Part shown: positions 1 through 14,018 of the stretch, in pieces
How positions within the stretch are numbered: the stretch's first letter is position 1
Layout of the letters: every line of letters begins with the position of its first letter
Assembly: GCA_951406725.2 (NCBI GenBank)
Contig: OX597831.1
Location: forward strand, 1,550,001 to 1,614,000
From: Octopus vulgaris
Lineage: Eukaryota
Direction of reading: 5' to 3'
Length of the DNA stretch: 64,000 nt
Translations under genes and position numbers: made by a program
Notes under the pieces: generated by a model
Told to the model about the DNA's origin: nothing
Seen by the model: the letters and a program-made list of their open reading frames with translations, nothing else
Databases searched by the model: none

Positions 1-251
1 TGGATTTGGTAGACGGAAACTGAAAGAAGCCTGTCGTATATATATATATATGCGTGTGTGTGTTTGTTCCCCTAGCATTGCTTGACAACCGATGCTGGTG
101 TGTTTATGTCCCCGTTACTTAGCGGTTCGGCAAAAGAGACCAATAGAATAAGTACTGGGCTTACAAAAGAATAAGTCCCGGGGTCGAGTTGCTCGATTAA
201 AGGCGGTGCTCCAGCATGGCTGCAGTCAAATGACTGAAACAAGTAAAAGAG

Positions 252-252
<1 letters not shown>
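1..252 (+). mobile_element. tRNA-derived SINE family A (octopus OR/CORE-type), 5' end cut by the window
   Basis: Near-identical to the full copies at 23499 and 33927. Confidence 0.85.
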
Positions 253-283
<31 letters not shown>

Positions 284-288
284 CACAC

Positions 289-1487
289 ATCTACTAGTAT
301 TTTCCCATGGATAATCTTAATGAGATTTTTACCTACCATTCATTGCACTGCTCTGACAGTTTTTAAAGGGTTTTTTTTTAATGATTACAATCCCATCCAC
401 TCCTTATTAAAATGTGTGTGTGTAAAAAAAACTTCCTTTGACCCTTTCAAAAATTCATTCTGACTTCACACACACACACCGTGTGTCAAATAAGTGCTTT
501 TGATCCTTACAAAAATCAACCCTGAATGTTTGTCTTTTTCTTTTTCTCTTTCCAGATCTCTTGTTTTATATGTAATTCAGGGCCAGCTGTATCACAAAAA
601 TAAACAAGAATGGACCAAAAGGTTGAGGATCAAGGCCAGCAACAACAACAACCAACGCATAGAGTAATCCAGTTCAATAAAATGTCTAATTCTGCTGTTA
701 GAGGTAAATGTTAAACAACAATGTATCGCCTGCCTAGTGACTGGACTGATTATCTACTCATGCTGTATTCACATGTAAACATGTTTTGTTTTGGAGAGGA
801 CAAAGAGGCGGGTGGGTCACAAAAGGAGAATTTTTAAGAAATGGGTAGACATTGTGATATCTTTAGTGTTGTTGGGTTTGACACAATACACCCATTGTTG
901 ACCCTTGTGATACTTCAATAATGGGATGGGTTTACATAACGCATTCTTGTTAACCCTAAAAATCAAGGTCGCCTTATTGACCTACCAGTAAGATTATGCC
1001 AAGCTGACTTCTTAATACTGCACTTTTGACTAATTTACTCCATGTGAAATTTCTATGAATTTAATGTCAATCCATGTCATTCCCACTGTTTCTATAGTCG
1101 ACCAGTAATGATCCCTATAGATATATATATATATATATATATCAAGCCACTAAAACAAGTTCTGTTAACCCATGTAATTCCTCCAATGTTCATTACAGCA
1201 AATCTTCATGATTAGTAATATATATCAGACCTCTAAAACAGCTCTCCATTAACCCATGTGATCCCTCTATGTTTACACATTTGGCCTGTATGATCCCTAT
1301 ATACTACACAATCCCTAAAATAATTCGCTGGTGACCCAGCCAATCCTTTGAAAGTCAGCTTGCTACTAATATTGCCCATGGATAGTCTTAATGAGTTTTT
1401 ACCTACCATTCATCGAACTGCTCTGACAGTTTTTAAGGTTTTTTTTTTTTTAAATGAACACAATCCCATCCACTCCTTATCAAAATA
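289..1487 (+). repeat. About 130-bp direct repeat (289-420 and 1361-1487)
   Basis: Shared cccatggata.tcttaatgag...caatcccatccactcctta. Confidence 0.8.
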
Positions 1488-2438
1488 TGAATTCCACCCT
1501 ACAACATAATGAAACTACTTATTTTCCTTTCATTAGAAAAAAAATCTTTAACACTCTCTCTCTCCCCTCTATATACCTGTTGGTTAAAAGTTCAAATTGT
1601 TAAAATTTCTGAACTTCAAGCTGGAAATTTAAACAATAAAAATTTTTGAAGAAAATGAATTTTCCAAACATTGTTTTGTTCTGTTGTTTTTTTTCTCTCC
1701 TCCACTCTTTCGCCAATATTTGCCATTCATGGAATTGTTAATTGGCACATAAAATATTTGAATTTTTTTCTTTTAAAGCTTTGATTATCTCCCTTGCATT
1801 GAGCCGGACATAAGGTGAGCTGTTTTCCAGTAAAAGGGACTGAGACAATTAGTGTCCTGTCCCCAGATACAATGATTCCTTTAACCTATAGTTGAACTAT
1901 ATGTTATCAATGTCCAGCTCTGATTACAGACATTTCAAGACTCTACATCTTTGATGTTTTTCTTCTTTTTAGATCCACTGTAGACTATGACCTTACCATC
2001 TCTACACAATACCACTTAGTGTCTGTGGTACACATATCTACATCCTCAGTATTAATTTCTTGTCAAAAACAACAAAATAATGGAATTTCAGTTTTTATTC
2101 AATATATATATATAATAATAATTTTAACATATTAACACAATTTCATCTTCAGATAAAATATTGTTCCTTTGAAGAATTTGTTTCATAATAATTAATAACA
2201 TTTGGAATTTTTTTTTTGACAATAACTGTTTCATGTTTCACAAACATTGGCAAAAATTTGGACGCAAACACACATATAATGGTTATAAAACATGGAAGAG
2301 GACCAGGCACCCAGCTACACACTGCTCTTAACTAATGGAAGCTTCTGTACAAACAGTTAAAACTAAGAGAGTAAATCCGATCCTCAGTTACGAGGAAATA
2401 TTTAAAGCCTCCACTTCTCATTCACTCTCTTTTTTTTT

Positions 2439-2717
2439 ACTCTTTTACTTGTTTCAGTCATTTGACTGCGGCCATGCTGGAGCACCGCCTTTAATCGAGC
2501 AACTCGACCCCGGGACTTATTCTTTTGTAAGCCCAGCACACGCATACATATATACGACAGGCTTCTTTCAGTTTCCGTCTACCAAATCCACTCACAAGGC
2601 TTTGGTCGGCCCGAGGCTACAGTAGAAGACACTTGCCCAAGGTGCCACGCAGTGGGACTGAACCCGGAACCATGTGGTTGGTAAACATGCTACTTACCAC
2701 ACAGCCACTCCTGCGCC
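2439..2717 (-). mobile_element. SINE family A, internally deleted
   Basis: Head and tail intact, central gtgtttgtccc...gatagaataag block missing. Confidence 0.85.
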
Positions 2718-3617
2718 TATCCTTAGTTATTTCTATTATTTACAAATTGCTATTTCAGTGACAGGTTTAAGTTCACACATGCATCCGACTTCTCAGTTTT
2801 ACATTCATCCGTTATTTTCTCTTAAACTCACTCAGACCTACTTTGAATTCAATCCAAACACAGGATACAAGACTTTTACAATAATATTAATGTGGGGGGA
2901 TTTGTTGCAATGAAAGAAGGGGAAAAGTGAGTAAATACTGTTATTATTCATCACCTATATCTTAATATTATACATCAATACATAAAAATATACTGAAATA
3001 TTTCAGATATATCACTAATATTGTAGAGAGAGGTACAAAGATCTCAGTTTTGGTAAATTGTTAGATTAAAGCTGTCATTTAGTGTAACATAAAATATATT
3101 AATTAATTAATAAGTTAAATAATGAAACATAACATACTTCATTTGCAGAAAATGGACATAAAATTATATATCTTTGTATATACAATAATGCTTGTTGTTT
3201 ACCCTCCTTTCCGACTGCGTAAGGTATAGATATGTGTATATATAATAAATGTGATATTTACTATCATAGTATTGTATGAGATTGATGAGGTGACATGGGA
3301 TGGGGGAAGGAGTTGGTTGGATGCGACTAGACAGGCAACACTGATTCATGAAACATGAAAACAAAAGAGAACAGTAGGAAGCTGAGTATCAGCAGTGAGG
3401 AAGAGAGAGATGAAGGGGACACCACAACAAGCTCTTCACTAAATACACACACACACACCTCATTAACACGGCCAACAGGTCAATCTAACACATGCACACA
3501 ACCACAAACCCCAAGCAGCCTCTATCTCCTCCTCCACCATACAGCTGACCAATGGACAGCAGAGTGAGATATTTATAGGGAGGAGAAAGAGAGAGAGAGT
3601 GAGACAGGGTAGTGGTT

Positions 3618-3821
3618 TCAATTCAACATGGAATGACGGTCATAGATGTTACGTCTCTGCTCCTGCACAGTGCCTTTCCACTTCTTCTGCTCGTCACTGA
3701 CTCTGTTGAGAATGGAGCGCTGTCTGCCAAGCTGTGCGGCTAGTGGCGGTGGCGGTGGAGGTGGTGGTGCAACAAGCTCTGGTGTTACACTGCTGGGTGG
3801 TGGAGGTAACGTCTGCTCATC
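3618..3821 (-). CDS. TMEM9: TMEM9 terminal coding exon (DEQTLPPPP...SILNRVSDEQKKWKGTVQEQRRNIYDRHSMLN*)
   Basis: Pyrimidine tract plus taaAG acceptor, phase 0. C-terminus matches the family signature WKxxVQEQRxxxxDRHxML. Confidence 0.93.
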   Translation of the reverse strand, partial: DEQTLPPPPSSVTPELVAPPPPPPPPLAAQLGRQRSILNRVSDEQKKWKGTVQEQRRNIYDRHSMLN

Positions 3822-4681
3822 CTTTAACAGGGACAGACAAAAAAAAGAAGACAAGACAAAAAGAAAGAAGAAATGTTAGTCTTACAGGAAATTACAATAA
3901 AACAGCTGTCTGATCATTAACAATAATTACATGTGTGATAATTAGTATTATCATATATCATTATCAAATGATATATTCACTTGATATGTATTTATCATTT
4001 GGTATAATATGATGATCCACGTCAGCATTTTCTGTAGTAGTGGAGTTTAAATGAAGCAAATTTGTTAAGATTGTTTTAAAAAGTCTGTACAATGCAAGTT
4101 GGAAATATAGGAGATATTTCAATATTCCAAATTAAAACTCCTTCATGAAGAGAAAAGAGAGGATAATTAAAATAAAGGTGTTTAAACTCTGAAATACAGA
4201 AACGTTTACTGTTGTTTCATCTTTCTTTCTTCTGGTTTCATCTCCTCTTATTTCCAAGTTTGCATTCAAATGGCCCTTTAAAACACTTTTTACAAATATT
4301 GATATCTTTCCCTCTCACCTGGTTGAGGGAGCCTTCAGTTTTTTTTTTCCTTCTATAGTACTTTCTTGTCTAGCAAATTACTTGGTGATCCTACTAGTGC
4401 CACTGGCATGGGAAAAGCAGATCTCCCTCAGCCTGAATAGCAACCTCAGGCACTGGCGCCCTTCACACCCATCAGGATAAACAGGCTCAATCACTTGCTA
4501 CAGATACAAGTTAATGCTGACAACAAGACACTGTAAAGTGGTTGGCATTAGGAAATGCATCCAGCCATAGAAAGATTATGTCAGTATTAATTAATAACTG
4601 TTGTTCTCCAAATTGGTCAGCAGATAGCAATGAGGGACTGACCAATACTGTCACCAATACAAGCTGCAAAACCACAATTAA

Positions 4682-4869
4682 CCCTTTAATGTTCAGATTA
4701 CTCTGTTAAATGTAATACTTTTTCACTCAAATTGTTTTGAATTAATCATGTATTATCTCATAGCTTTGAAATGTTAATGTAGGTTAGGTGCGAGAGGCTA
4801 AATATGGCTAGTTGAAATGTAAAACGTAGAATATTTGGGCCGGATGTGGCCGGTTTAAACACTAAAGGG
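4682..4869. mobile_element. piggyBac-type MITE
   Basis: TTAA|CCCTTTA...TAAAGGG|TTAA. Homologous to 21550-21769. Confidence 0.8.
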
Positions 4870-7638
4870 TTAAGCTAAATCTCACTCAGAATTACATTCT
4901 ACCAAATGTTTGCATGTGTGTGTGTGTCTGTCAAATTCTTAGCAACAGAAGCAGTATGGATACCAAAGGGTAACATTTATCCCCACTTACAAGTGGATGT
5001 TGTGTTAGAATGCTGAATACTGCAATAGCTGCCATGAGAGAATCTCCCATATGGGCTTTAACAGGTAAGACACGTTGGATCATGTAGTCTGAGGTACTAC
5101 GAAAATGACAGGATGATCAAGGTTTTCGATAAGTTTGCATGAGCAGAGATGATTTGGAGCTAAAAATAGGTTGGTTTTTTTTAACCAATTCAAAAATCTC
5201 AGTAAATTAAATCTGAAAGGTAATTTTGCTGTAAATCAATGCTGAATTATACACAGTAGAGCTGAAACATGACCAGAACTGAGTTACAATTAAAAAGAAA
5301 AAAAAAAAAAAGATGGAAAGGAACATTATACAGAATTTCTGCAAAGGAATTTTCATATTAAAGAAAAACAAGAAAAAAAAGAAATGATACAAAAATATGG
5401 AAGCTAGATCAAAGTTTTGTCCAAAGTTTAAGAATTAGTTGTAAAGCAATGATAATCCCTTGTGAAGGGTGTGCAGGAAACTTTTTATGTGTAGCTCTCC
5501 TACAATGTAGGCTACACTGAACAACAAATATATTTGACAGTAATTTCTGTCTAAAGACTAACCATTACTCCCTACCCACTTTCCCCGTCATCCATTGCGC
5601 CCACCACCAAAAATAATTAAAGGATGAATTATCCCCAGAGCGTTAGGATAGGTGCACTAAGGCAGACATTAAGCAGCATCTACAGGAGAATGTGCACATG
5701 CAAACAATCAGCAATGACATGGTCACTAAGTGGGGGTTTAGTTTGAGGAGAAAGTCCCAAAGACGTTTATGAAGGGTCATTAGTAAATATTTAGTGATTC
5801 TAAGGGAGCAGCAAGACAGCAAACCAGCATGGTGCTGGACATTAATGCCTTATGGTATTTGAGCCATCCCTCTATACATTTCAACTTTATCTTTCATTCA
5901 TTTCTCCAAAGTGGACAGAATACCCAGTAATATACACGGGAAATCGACTAACTACATAAGCTGCTTCCTCCTGAAAGTAGCATCGTTAATCGACTCCATT
6001 TTATTCAGTATATCAGACAACATTCCAGGTAAGGTGGAGTAACAAGTTCAAAAGAAGCTATCCCTGGCCACTTGGAATAAAATATTCAAAGATGTGTCTG
6101 TGAGTGAATAAAATATTTAATCCATAATTGTTAGTCCGACAAAATATAATTTGTTTAGCCTATGGCTCTTAGGAAAGACGCAACAAAATATATTTTGTTG
6201 GATTAATGATTATGGATTAAATATTTTACTAAACATTTGTTAGTATATTACTGGTACTTAATTTTGTCAACATCTGAAATGATAATGAAAGTCGAAGCCA
6301 ATACTAACATTTGAATGCAGAAATGTTAAAAAAAAAAAAGGTAAGCCATCTCGTTCAACACAACCATTTGAACCAACCCCTATGTTGTTTTCTGAGATTC
6401 CTGTATTTTTCTAAGTCCTTATTAAATTGTTGAATGGGGGAAGTGAGAGTAAGAAAGTAAAAGTGTATTGAAGCAGTTTACGCTAAGTTGATGATAAAAT
6501 TATAATAGCTTGTGGGTTAGAAATGTTGAAAATAAATTAGAAAAACAAAATATAACTTAACTGGAAAAATAGATAGACAATGTTTTTGATGAGAAGAAGA
6601 AAGACATCAGAAAGAGTCTGCTTGCTTAGCTACAGAGAACCAAAGAAAGTGGTGGGTGTGAGTGTCAGGTCACACCAATGCTCCTCAAAGCAGATGTTTC
6701 TGTCTTGAAATTGAATTGTGCTCAGTTTTAGAGATGATGAAAGTTGGGAATGGGGTTGGGGTAGAATTCAAGAAAAGAACTTACTTCGAAGAGGGTCCAT
6801 GTTTTCCCAGCCGTGAAAGTAACCTGTTAAATGTTTGAGGCTTCATTAGAAAGTATTACGAGAAGCTGGTGGAATACGTACGATAAAAGAACTTTGTCTC
6901 TTCTTTATCCAACAGAAAGATGTAGAGACTTTTTTTTTTTTTGGCCAGAAAAAATATGAAAAAAAAAAGGTGGAGAGAGAGAGAGAGAGCAACAAAAAAA
7001 GCAAAAAACATAAATAAATAACGGCCGTATAGTGAAAGCTGCTAGAAAATCTTTTGATGAACTTTGAAACTAACCTATACCTAGTGATTTTAGGGTTTGT
7101 AAATGAGGTGACTAAGGGTTCATAGATATATTTATGAAGGGAAAGGGGTGAAACTATTTCATTCACATCTTTTTCTAGAAACATTATTTCTTCCATGACC
7201 AGATTTCTAACAAAATATATAGGACCTACATGCTTTGATTAAGTTCAAAATTAATGAAGAATTTATTAAAAATAACTTTGTTCATGAATAAGCTGGTGTT
7301 TTAGAACATAACATAATGATTCTAATATAAAATTGCAGATTTTACTTTAAATACGAACAGTTTAAAAACATGAAGCTATCAGAGAATCTGAGAACTAAAA
7401 TTGGGGAATGATTCTAGGTTGATTGTAGGCAAGTCATTATCTTGGTATCAAAAAGATTAACACCCTAAATGATGTAAACAGGTTGCAAAGATCAGAACTA
7501 GCTCAATCCTCAACGGAACTTTATTATCTAGTTATGGTATGTAACACATTTCAAAAATGTCTTTCAAAAATAAAGCAAAATAACTGAGAAAAACTGTTAA
7601 TGGATTGCTCTGTTTTTCTAAATTCTATTGCTATCTAT

Positions 7639-7673
7639 ATTTCTGATGAAGAGCTCCGCTCGAAACATTAAAT
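7639..7673 (+). ncRNA. Minimal hammerhead-ribozyme-like motif
   Basis: AUUU-CUGAUGA-A-GAGC-ucc-GCUC-GAAAC-AUU-AAAU. Confidence 0.6.
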
Positions 7674-7802
7674 CCTACTTCTTTCCTTTCCTGAGCATCC
7701 AGTAACACTATACTTGTTCCACATCCTCACGTTGTTGTGTTTTCTCTTTGTTCATGTTTGGATTAACTATATACATACATACATATATATATATATATGT
7801 GT

Positions 7803-8130
7803 TGGTCTCCTTGTGTGGTTAAGAAGATCACTTTGCGACCACATGGTTTTGTGTTCAATCCCACTGCATAGCCCCTTGGGCATGTGGCTTCTATAACCCC
7901 AGACCAACCAACACCTTGTGGGTGAGTTTAGTAGACAGAAACTGTGTGGAAGTTTGTCATGTCTGTGTGTCTTTGAGTTCACCCCACCATCATTTGATTA
8001 CCAGTGCCAATTGTTTGTTTATGTCTCCTAACTTAGCAAATTGATAAAAGAGATCAATAAAATATGCACCAGACTTCAAAAAATGACAACTGGAATCAAT
8101 TTGACAAAAACCCCTTCAAGGCAGTGCCTC
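7803..8130 (+). mobile_element. SINE family A, diverged, fused to a family B fragment (8130-8290)
   Basis: Degenerate match along the length. Confidence 0.65.
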
Positions 8131-8577
8131 AACATCACTATCCTGAGTTCAAATTCTGCCAAAGTTGTCTTTGTCTTTCATCTTTTATCAGGGCTGATAA
8201 AATTAAGAACAAGTGAAACACTGGGGGTCAATATCATAGCTGAACCCCATCCCACTAAAACTGCTGGCCTTGTACCAAAATTTGAAATGTTATCATTGTT
8301 ATTATTATTATTATTGCACTTGCCCTTGCTGTTCAGGGAAATCTTAGACAGTGGAGTTCCTTGATTATCCCTAGAGGTCATCCTCTATCATGCCCCCACC
8401 CACTTTTCTTTTTGTTTTTCTTAACTTTTGTATACTATATTTCCCTGTGTACTGTGTATACTTACTCTCTTTGTTTTTTTTAATATTTATTTTATCATTT
8501 CATTATATGTAAACCCCAAAACTATGCCTGTTTTGTACTGTCCTCCTTATCCTTCACCCTGGTGGCAAATAAATGAA

Positions 8578-8805
8578 ATCATCATCATAATCATTATTAT
8601 TATTATTATTATTATTATCATTATTATTATTATTATCATTATCATTATTATTATTATCATTATTATTATTATTATTGGTAATTTGACTCAGGTTCATTTT
8701 TATTCCTGACAGAATTTATGTGAGTAGCAGTATTATTATTGTTATTATTATCATTATTATTATTATTATTATTATTATTGTTATTATTATTACTATTATA
8801 TAATA
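8578..8805. repeat. (ATT/ATC)n microsatellite
   Basis: Direct inspection. Confidence 0.95.
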
Positions 8806-9989
8806 ACTTTGTAATGCCAAGACAGAGTAAAGAGAAGTACTTCTCTGAAGCTTCTTAATTGCCAAGATAAACCATGATAAACCATTTGAACAAATTCATT
8901 ATATATGGTGATTCCAGATGAAGGAATTCCATGCTACTATCAGAGATTCCTTGAAGAGAGACCAAGAAAGTACAAGAGGATTAGAATTGATGTATGTTAA
9001 ATGGAATAAAACCGAAACAGATCCTTGATCCTAGTGACCAGACTTTAGGTGAAGCAGCAATGAATACTGGGGAAGGTCAGAGTATTGCACTTTTGGAGGC
9101 AGAAAAAAGAACTCTTTTAAAGAAAGAGACCAAAGGCAGGAATCACAAAATCCAGGTTTAATATATGAGAAAAAATAAAAGGGACAGGATGGGAGAGGGT
9201 ATTAAAGGTTCGTTAATCAATGGAAAAAGATGTTAATGTAGGAATCAGAAATAAAAATAAAATAGAATTTCAGTAACATTAGTGTGACAGCAACAATGGA
9301 GCAGATTTGATTTCAGGGATTGTTGGTTCAAGTCTCAACCAGAGTCGGTTGGTAGAGCAAATATTAAGGATAAAGAGGATGTAGCAATAACTGCCACTGA
9401 TGATTTGGAGGGAGGTGCAAAGCATCAGACAACAGCTAAGGTCCAGTCTTGTTAGTGGCAGATAGGGTGTCCAATAGACATATGTCCACACTGTACACAA
9501 AGTCGATAACATGACCAGTCTATATACACTGAGTGATGCATCCAGTAAATACATGTATACAGTGATGTGTGTAGTCTATGTATAGTGAGTAACATAACCA
9601 GTCTATATATATATATGCAATGATGTGTTCAGTCTATACACACAGTAAGTATGTGCTCTCTGTATATAAAGTGACACAACATAACCAGTCTATATATGCA
9701 TACAGTGGTGTGTCCAGTTTATATATACAAAATGTAGGTGCAATCAACATTATACAGACTATGTCTATCACAACAACATATGCAAGATCTATATTGCTGA
9801 AGAAAGAACTTACACAAGTGTGTGTGTGTGTATAATTCCATTTTCTTCACACTGTAATGCTTATTACATCTCTATTATCACAAATGTATTTCTTGACACA
9901 AAAATTTTAGTCCTTATTTTTGTTATTCCTTTTAACTCAGGTTTTGTTGGAACTCCTAGAGTCTTGCGACCTGCACCCGGCAGTACTAT

Positions 9990-10372
9990 GCTTTCTCTTT
10001 TTTTTTCCAACAGTCTAATACTTAGCCGATTATTCTGGTTGTGCCAAGGAGGGAAACCTTTTGTAACAACTCTATTGGACACTCTTTCGGAGGTGAATTA
10101 TCCAAATCCCAACCAAAATTCCTCTCAACACATGGCTATGATGCTCCCCCACTACTTCTGCTTATGATCAGAGATGCACATATCATCAGCCACTAAGGGA
10201 CATGCTCATTTGGTTATGGTCAAACAACTGACAAGCAAATCTGTGGGATTGAGCAGAATATTTGCTGTAGCCCATCTTTTATACCAAGATCAAACAATGT
10301 ACATGATAACACTTCCAATCAGTTAAGATCAGAAGCCATGAGAGCCACTGCCTGGTACTGTATCAGGGCATT
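9990..10372 (-). repeat. Interspersed repeat family F; second copy at about 42450-42690
   Basis: Shared gatgctcccccactact...cagccactaagggacatgctca block. Confidence 0.65.
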
Positions 10373-10387
10373 TTTTTATTTTTATTA

Positions 10388-10418
<31 letters not shown>

Positions 10419-10424
10419 TGTTAT

Positions 10425-10660
10425 TGCAGCAAGCTGGTAGAATCATTAGCACATTGGGCAAAATGCATAGTGATATTTCATGTCACTACATTCTGAGTTC
10501 AAATTCTGTTGAGGTCAGCTTTACCTTTCATCATTTCAGGGCGAATGAAATATGTACCAGTCAAGTGCTGGGGGTCGATTTAATCAACTAGCCCCCCCCC
10601 CCCACCAAAATTTCAGGCCTTGTGCCTATAGTAGAAAGGATTATTATTATTATTATTAAG
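10425..10660 (+). mobile_element. SINE family B
   Basis: Head agctggtagaatcattagca, B-box, central domain, (ATT)n tail. Confidence 0.8.
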
Positions 10661-11609
10661 AGATGCAATGTTTCTGTAATCAAGCTGCTGGACCATTGAC
10701 CACCTGGTTTGTACTACTGAATTACCAGTGAACAACCACTAAACTATATGCTTTTCCAATGTGCTCCAGACTGAGACATATAACTAAGCTTGCTGCAGTT
10801 GGTGTGGCTGATAATAGCTTTCATTTTATACATCAGAGTCGAGTAATTATGGCATGTCTTCCACTCATAGAAAAACATATTATGTTATGCAAAATGCCCC
10901 AAATAATTTATTTTATGTAAAGAAAAAAAAAACCCTTTCAAATTATTATGTTGCTTTGGAAACAATGGATAAGAAATAAATATTTAAAATTAAAATGTGA
11001 AATACAAATAATAAAAACCATCTTAATTTAGATGCCATTGTGTTCATGTTTGTGTGTGTGAGAGGAAGATACAAAATTCTTCATTCAGGATCTGTATGTG
11101 AGATGATAGAGGAGTGAAGAACTGCAATGATTAAGTTGGATTAGTGCAGGGGTTAAATGAGATTTAGGGCTGAAAATGTATTAGTAATAACAACATCATG
11201 CATCATAAAACCCACAACCAGTACAAACTCATTTCATGATTAGGATTGGATAAACAAAAAGCATTTGCAAATCAATGAGGCCAGAAAGGAAGGGCAGTTA
11301 GTAGAGAAATATAGCAGATATTAGCATTCAAATTACAGAAGAGCAGTAAATACAACAGTAGTAATTGTTGTTGGTAAACCCCATCTCAGCCCTGAAGGAG
11401 CAGACCTATGATAAAAGATTTTTTTTCCCAGCATGACCATCCTATTTATTCATCAGACACTACACATCAGGAGCCACACTATATAATATGCCCCTCCTTA
11501 TTCAAGGTAATACAATGTTAATGGAGAGAGATTTGGCTGTTATTTCTAGCAGGTTGAGTGGCTACATAGAGGCTTATTCATTGGCTTAGGAAGCAGTAAC
11601 AGCAGCAAT

Positions 11610-12680
11610 AATAACCGTTTCTAATTTAGGCACAAGGCCAGCAATTTGAACTCAGAATATAAAGAGCCATCTAATGATTCCACCAATCTACTGCCCAAGT
11701 AGCAGCAGCAGCAATAATAATAGTGGTTTCAAATTTTAGCACAAGGCCAGCAATTTCAGTAAAATGGGTAAGTTGATTACATTGACACCCCCCCCCCCCG
11801 TGCTCAGCTGGTACTTATTTTATCAACCCCAAAAGGATGAAAGGCAAAGTCGACCTCAGCAAAATTTGAACTCAGAATGTAAAGACAGAGGAGAAATGCT
11901 GCTAAACATTTTGTCCAGAGTGCTAACAATTCTGCTAGCTCACCACCTTCATAATTAAATAATAATAATAATGATTTCAAATTTTGCCACAAGGGTATTT
12001 AATATTAATAATAATAATGATAATGATATTTCTAATATTGTCACAAAAACAAACTTTGGTAGGCAGGATTACTGTGTTATTAATTAAAATGAATTCAATA
12101 TTTGATTAGTAATTAATTTATTAAACATTCTCCATCCGCAAGGATGAAAGTCAAACTCAGCCTTGCCAGAATCTGAACAAAATACTTCAACCCTATCAGA
12201 GAACCTTCTATTATTTTGTCGTAAATAACTTTGAATTTAGGCACAAGGCTAATAATTTTTAGGGGAGGGGTTTAGTTAATAATATCAACCCCACTTATTT
12301 TTATCAACTCTGAAGGGATGAAAGACAAAGTTGACCTTAGCTGGATTTGAACTCAGAATGTAAAGTGCTAGAACAAATGTCGCAAGGTATTTTGTCCAAT
12401 ACTCTAACAATTCTATTTGCCTTTTAAATGTTTCTAAATTAAGAACAAGTTTAATAATAATAATAATAATGTTTCTAATTAAGGCTTAAGGCCAGTAATT
12501 ATGAGGGAAGAGACTAGTCAATACCATAAACCTCAGTATTTGAGTGGAACTGTATTTCATTGACTCCACCAGAGTGATGAAAGGTAAAATTGATGCCAGT
12601 GCAATTTGAACTCAGAACATAAACAGCTGAATGAAACAACAATTCAAACACTCCAACAATTCTGAGAGAGCATTTTTCAT
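11610..12680 (-). mobile_element. Cluster of head-to-tail SINE family B copies and fragments
   Basis: Repeated ggcacaaggccagcaattt...atttgaactcagaa blocks separated by (TAA)n. Confidence 0.7.
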
Positions 12681-13721
12681 GACAAACTGACAGGGTTTCT
12701 TGAGCCAAAAAGGGACCCAATGGCAACACAAGAGCTTCTGCATGGGTGCTTGACCTGCCAATGTTGCAATCATATCCTTGTAAACAAGTTAGCTTTAAAA
12801 TTGAGACTATGTAGAATAAGTCCTTAAAACTGGGATACACAGTGTAAGTCCCTAAATTTGGACTATACAATAGTCAAGTCCTTAACTTTTGGATTTCATA
12901 GTAAAAACTCTTAGTTTTGGGACTATAAAGTATAAGTCCACAAAACTGAGTACAAGTACCTTAAAGACTATACAGCAACAATCGAAGAACTATGGTCAAA
13001 TACTTTACCAAAACTTTTTCTAGTAACACTTTAATGTGTGTATTTTGGTGTAAAATGTAAACATCTTTGATAAAACTGATGCTTCAGAACAAAAATCCCT
13101 AGTGATATTTGTTTACCCATAGTTGTGCAGATACTCCCTTGTTATCCTCACCTTCAGAAATACTAGTGAACTAAAGATTGGCCTGTTGAAAATCTATAAC
13201 TAACAACACTTCTGTTCACAAAACCCAACATAAAAATAAATACCTGAACCACTTCCAATAAAACACACCAACTCTACAATATAGGGGTCACAAGAATTTA
13301 CGGAGATAGAGCCTCTGAGTAGTCACTTGACATGGTCAATGTAACAGCCAAATCTCCCATAACAAATGAGGATCACATAGTTTAAAGGTTAAAAATGTTG
13401 GGCGACATGCACCATAGTAAAGATCAGGGTAGCTAGGGTGGTTATAGTTTAGAATCAGGGTTAGACACTTGAAAGTTTAACCAAAACCAACATGCTGAAC
13501 ATCACCTAGGGTTGCTCCAGACATTACAAATTGCTATTGTTCATGCCATGCTATAGGCCTGCTCAAGCAGAAATGAATGAGGACAACTCAACAACAACAT
13601 CATCACTACCACCACCACCACCACCACACACTAAAGAGAGCCAACTTAAGTCACAGCTAACCAGAACTTTTAATATACACATATACGTATGTGCATATAT
13701 ATGCATACATGTGTGTGTGTT

Positions 13722-13762
<41 letters not shown>

Positions 13763-13807
13763 TCAAATATATATATTCAAATATATTCAAATATATATAT
13801 ATTCAAA

Positions 13808-14018
13808 TCATTCAAATTGCAACTGGATAGATACTTAAGCACCATTAGAGATGAACCCCATCTCCCAGGATATACACAACGAGCACAAACTGACTCAAAC
13901 TCGCTCCTACACATGTCAAAATTAAGCAGAGAATACAACCTGGCAACCACACCAGACTCTGAGGGTGGAGTCTTCGACTTGGCCTGAGCATGGACTCAAA
14001 CCCAAATGAAATGAAATA
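13808..14018 (+). mobile_element. CR1-like LINE 3' end
   Basis: [22 protein letters not shown]-terminal motif and (AAATG)n tail. Confidence 0.65.
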
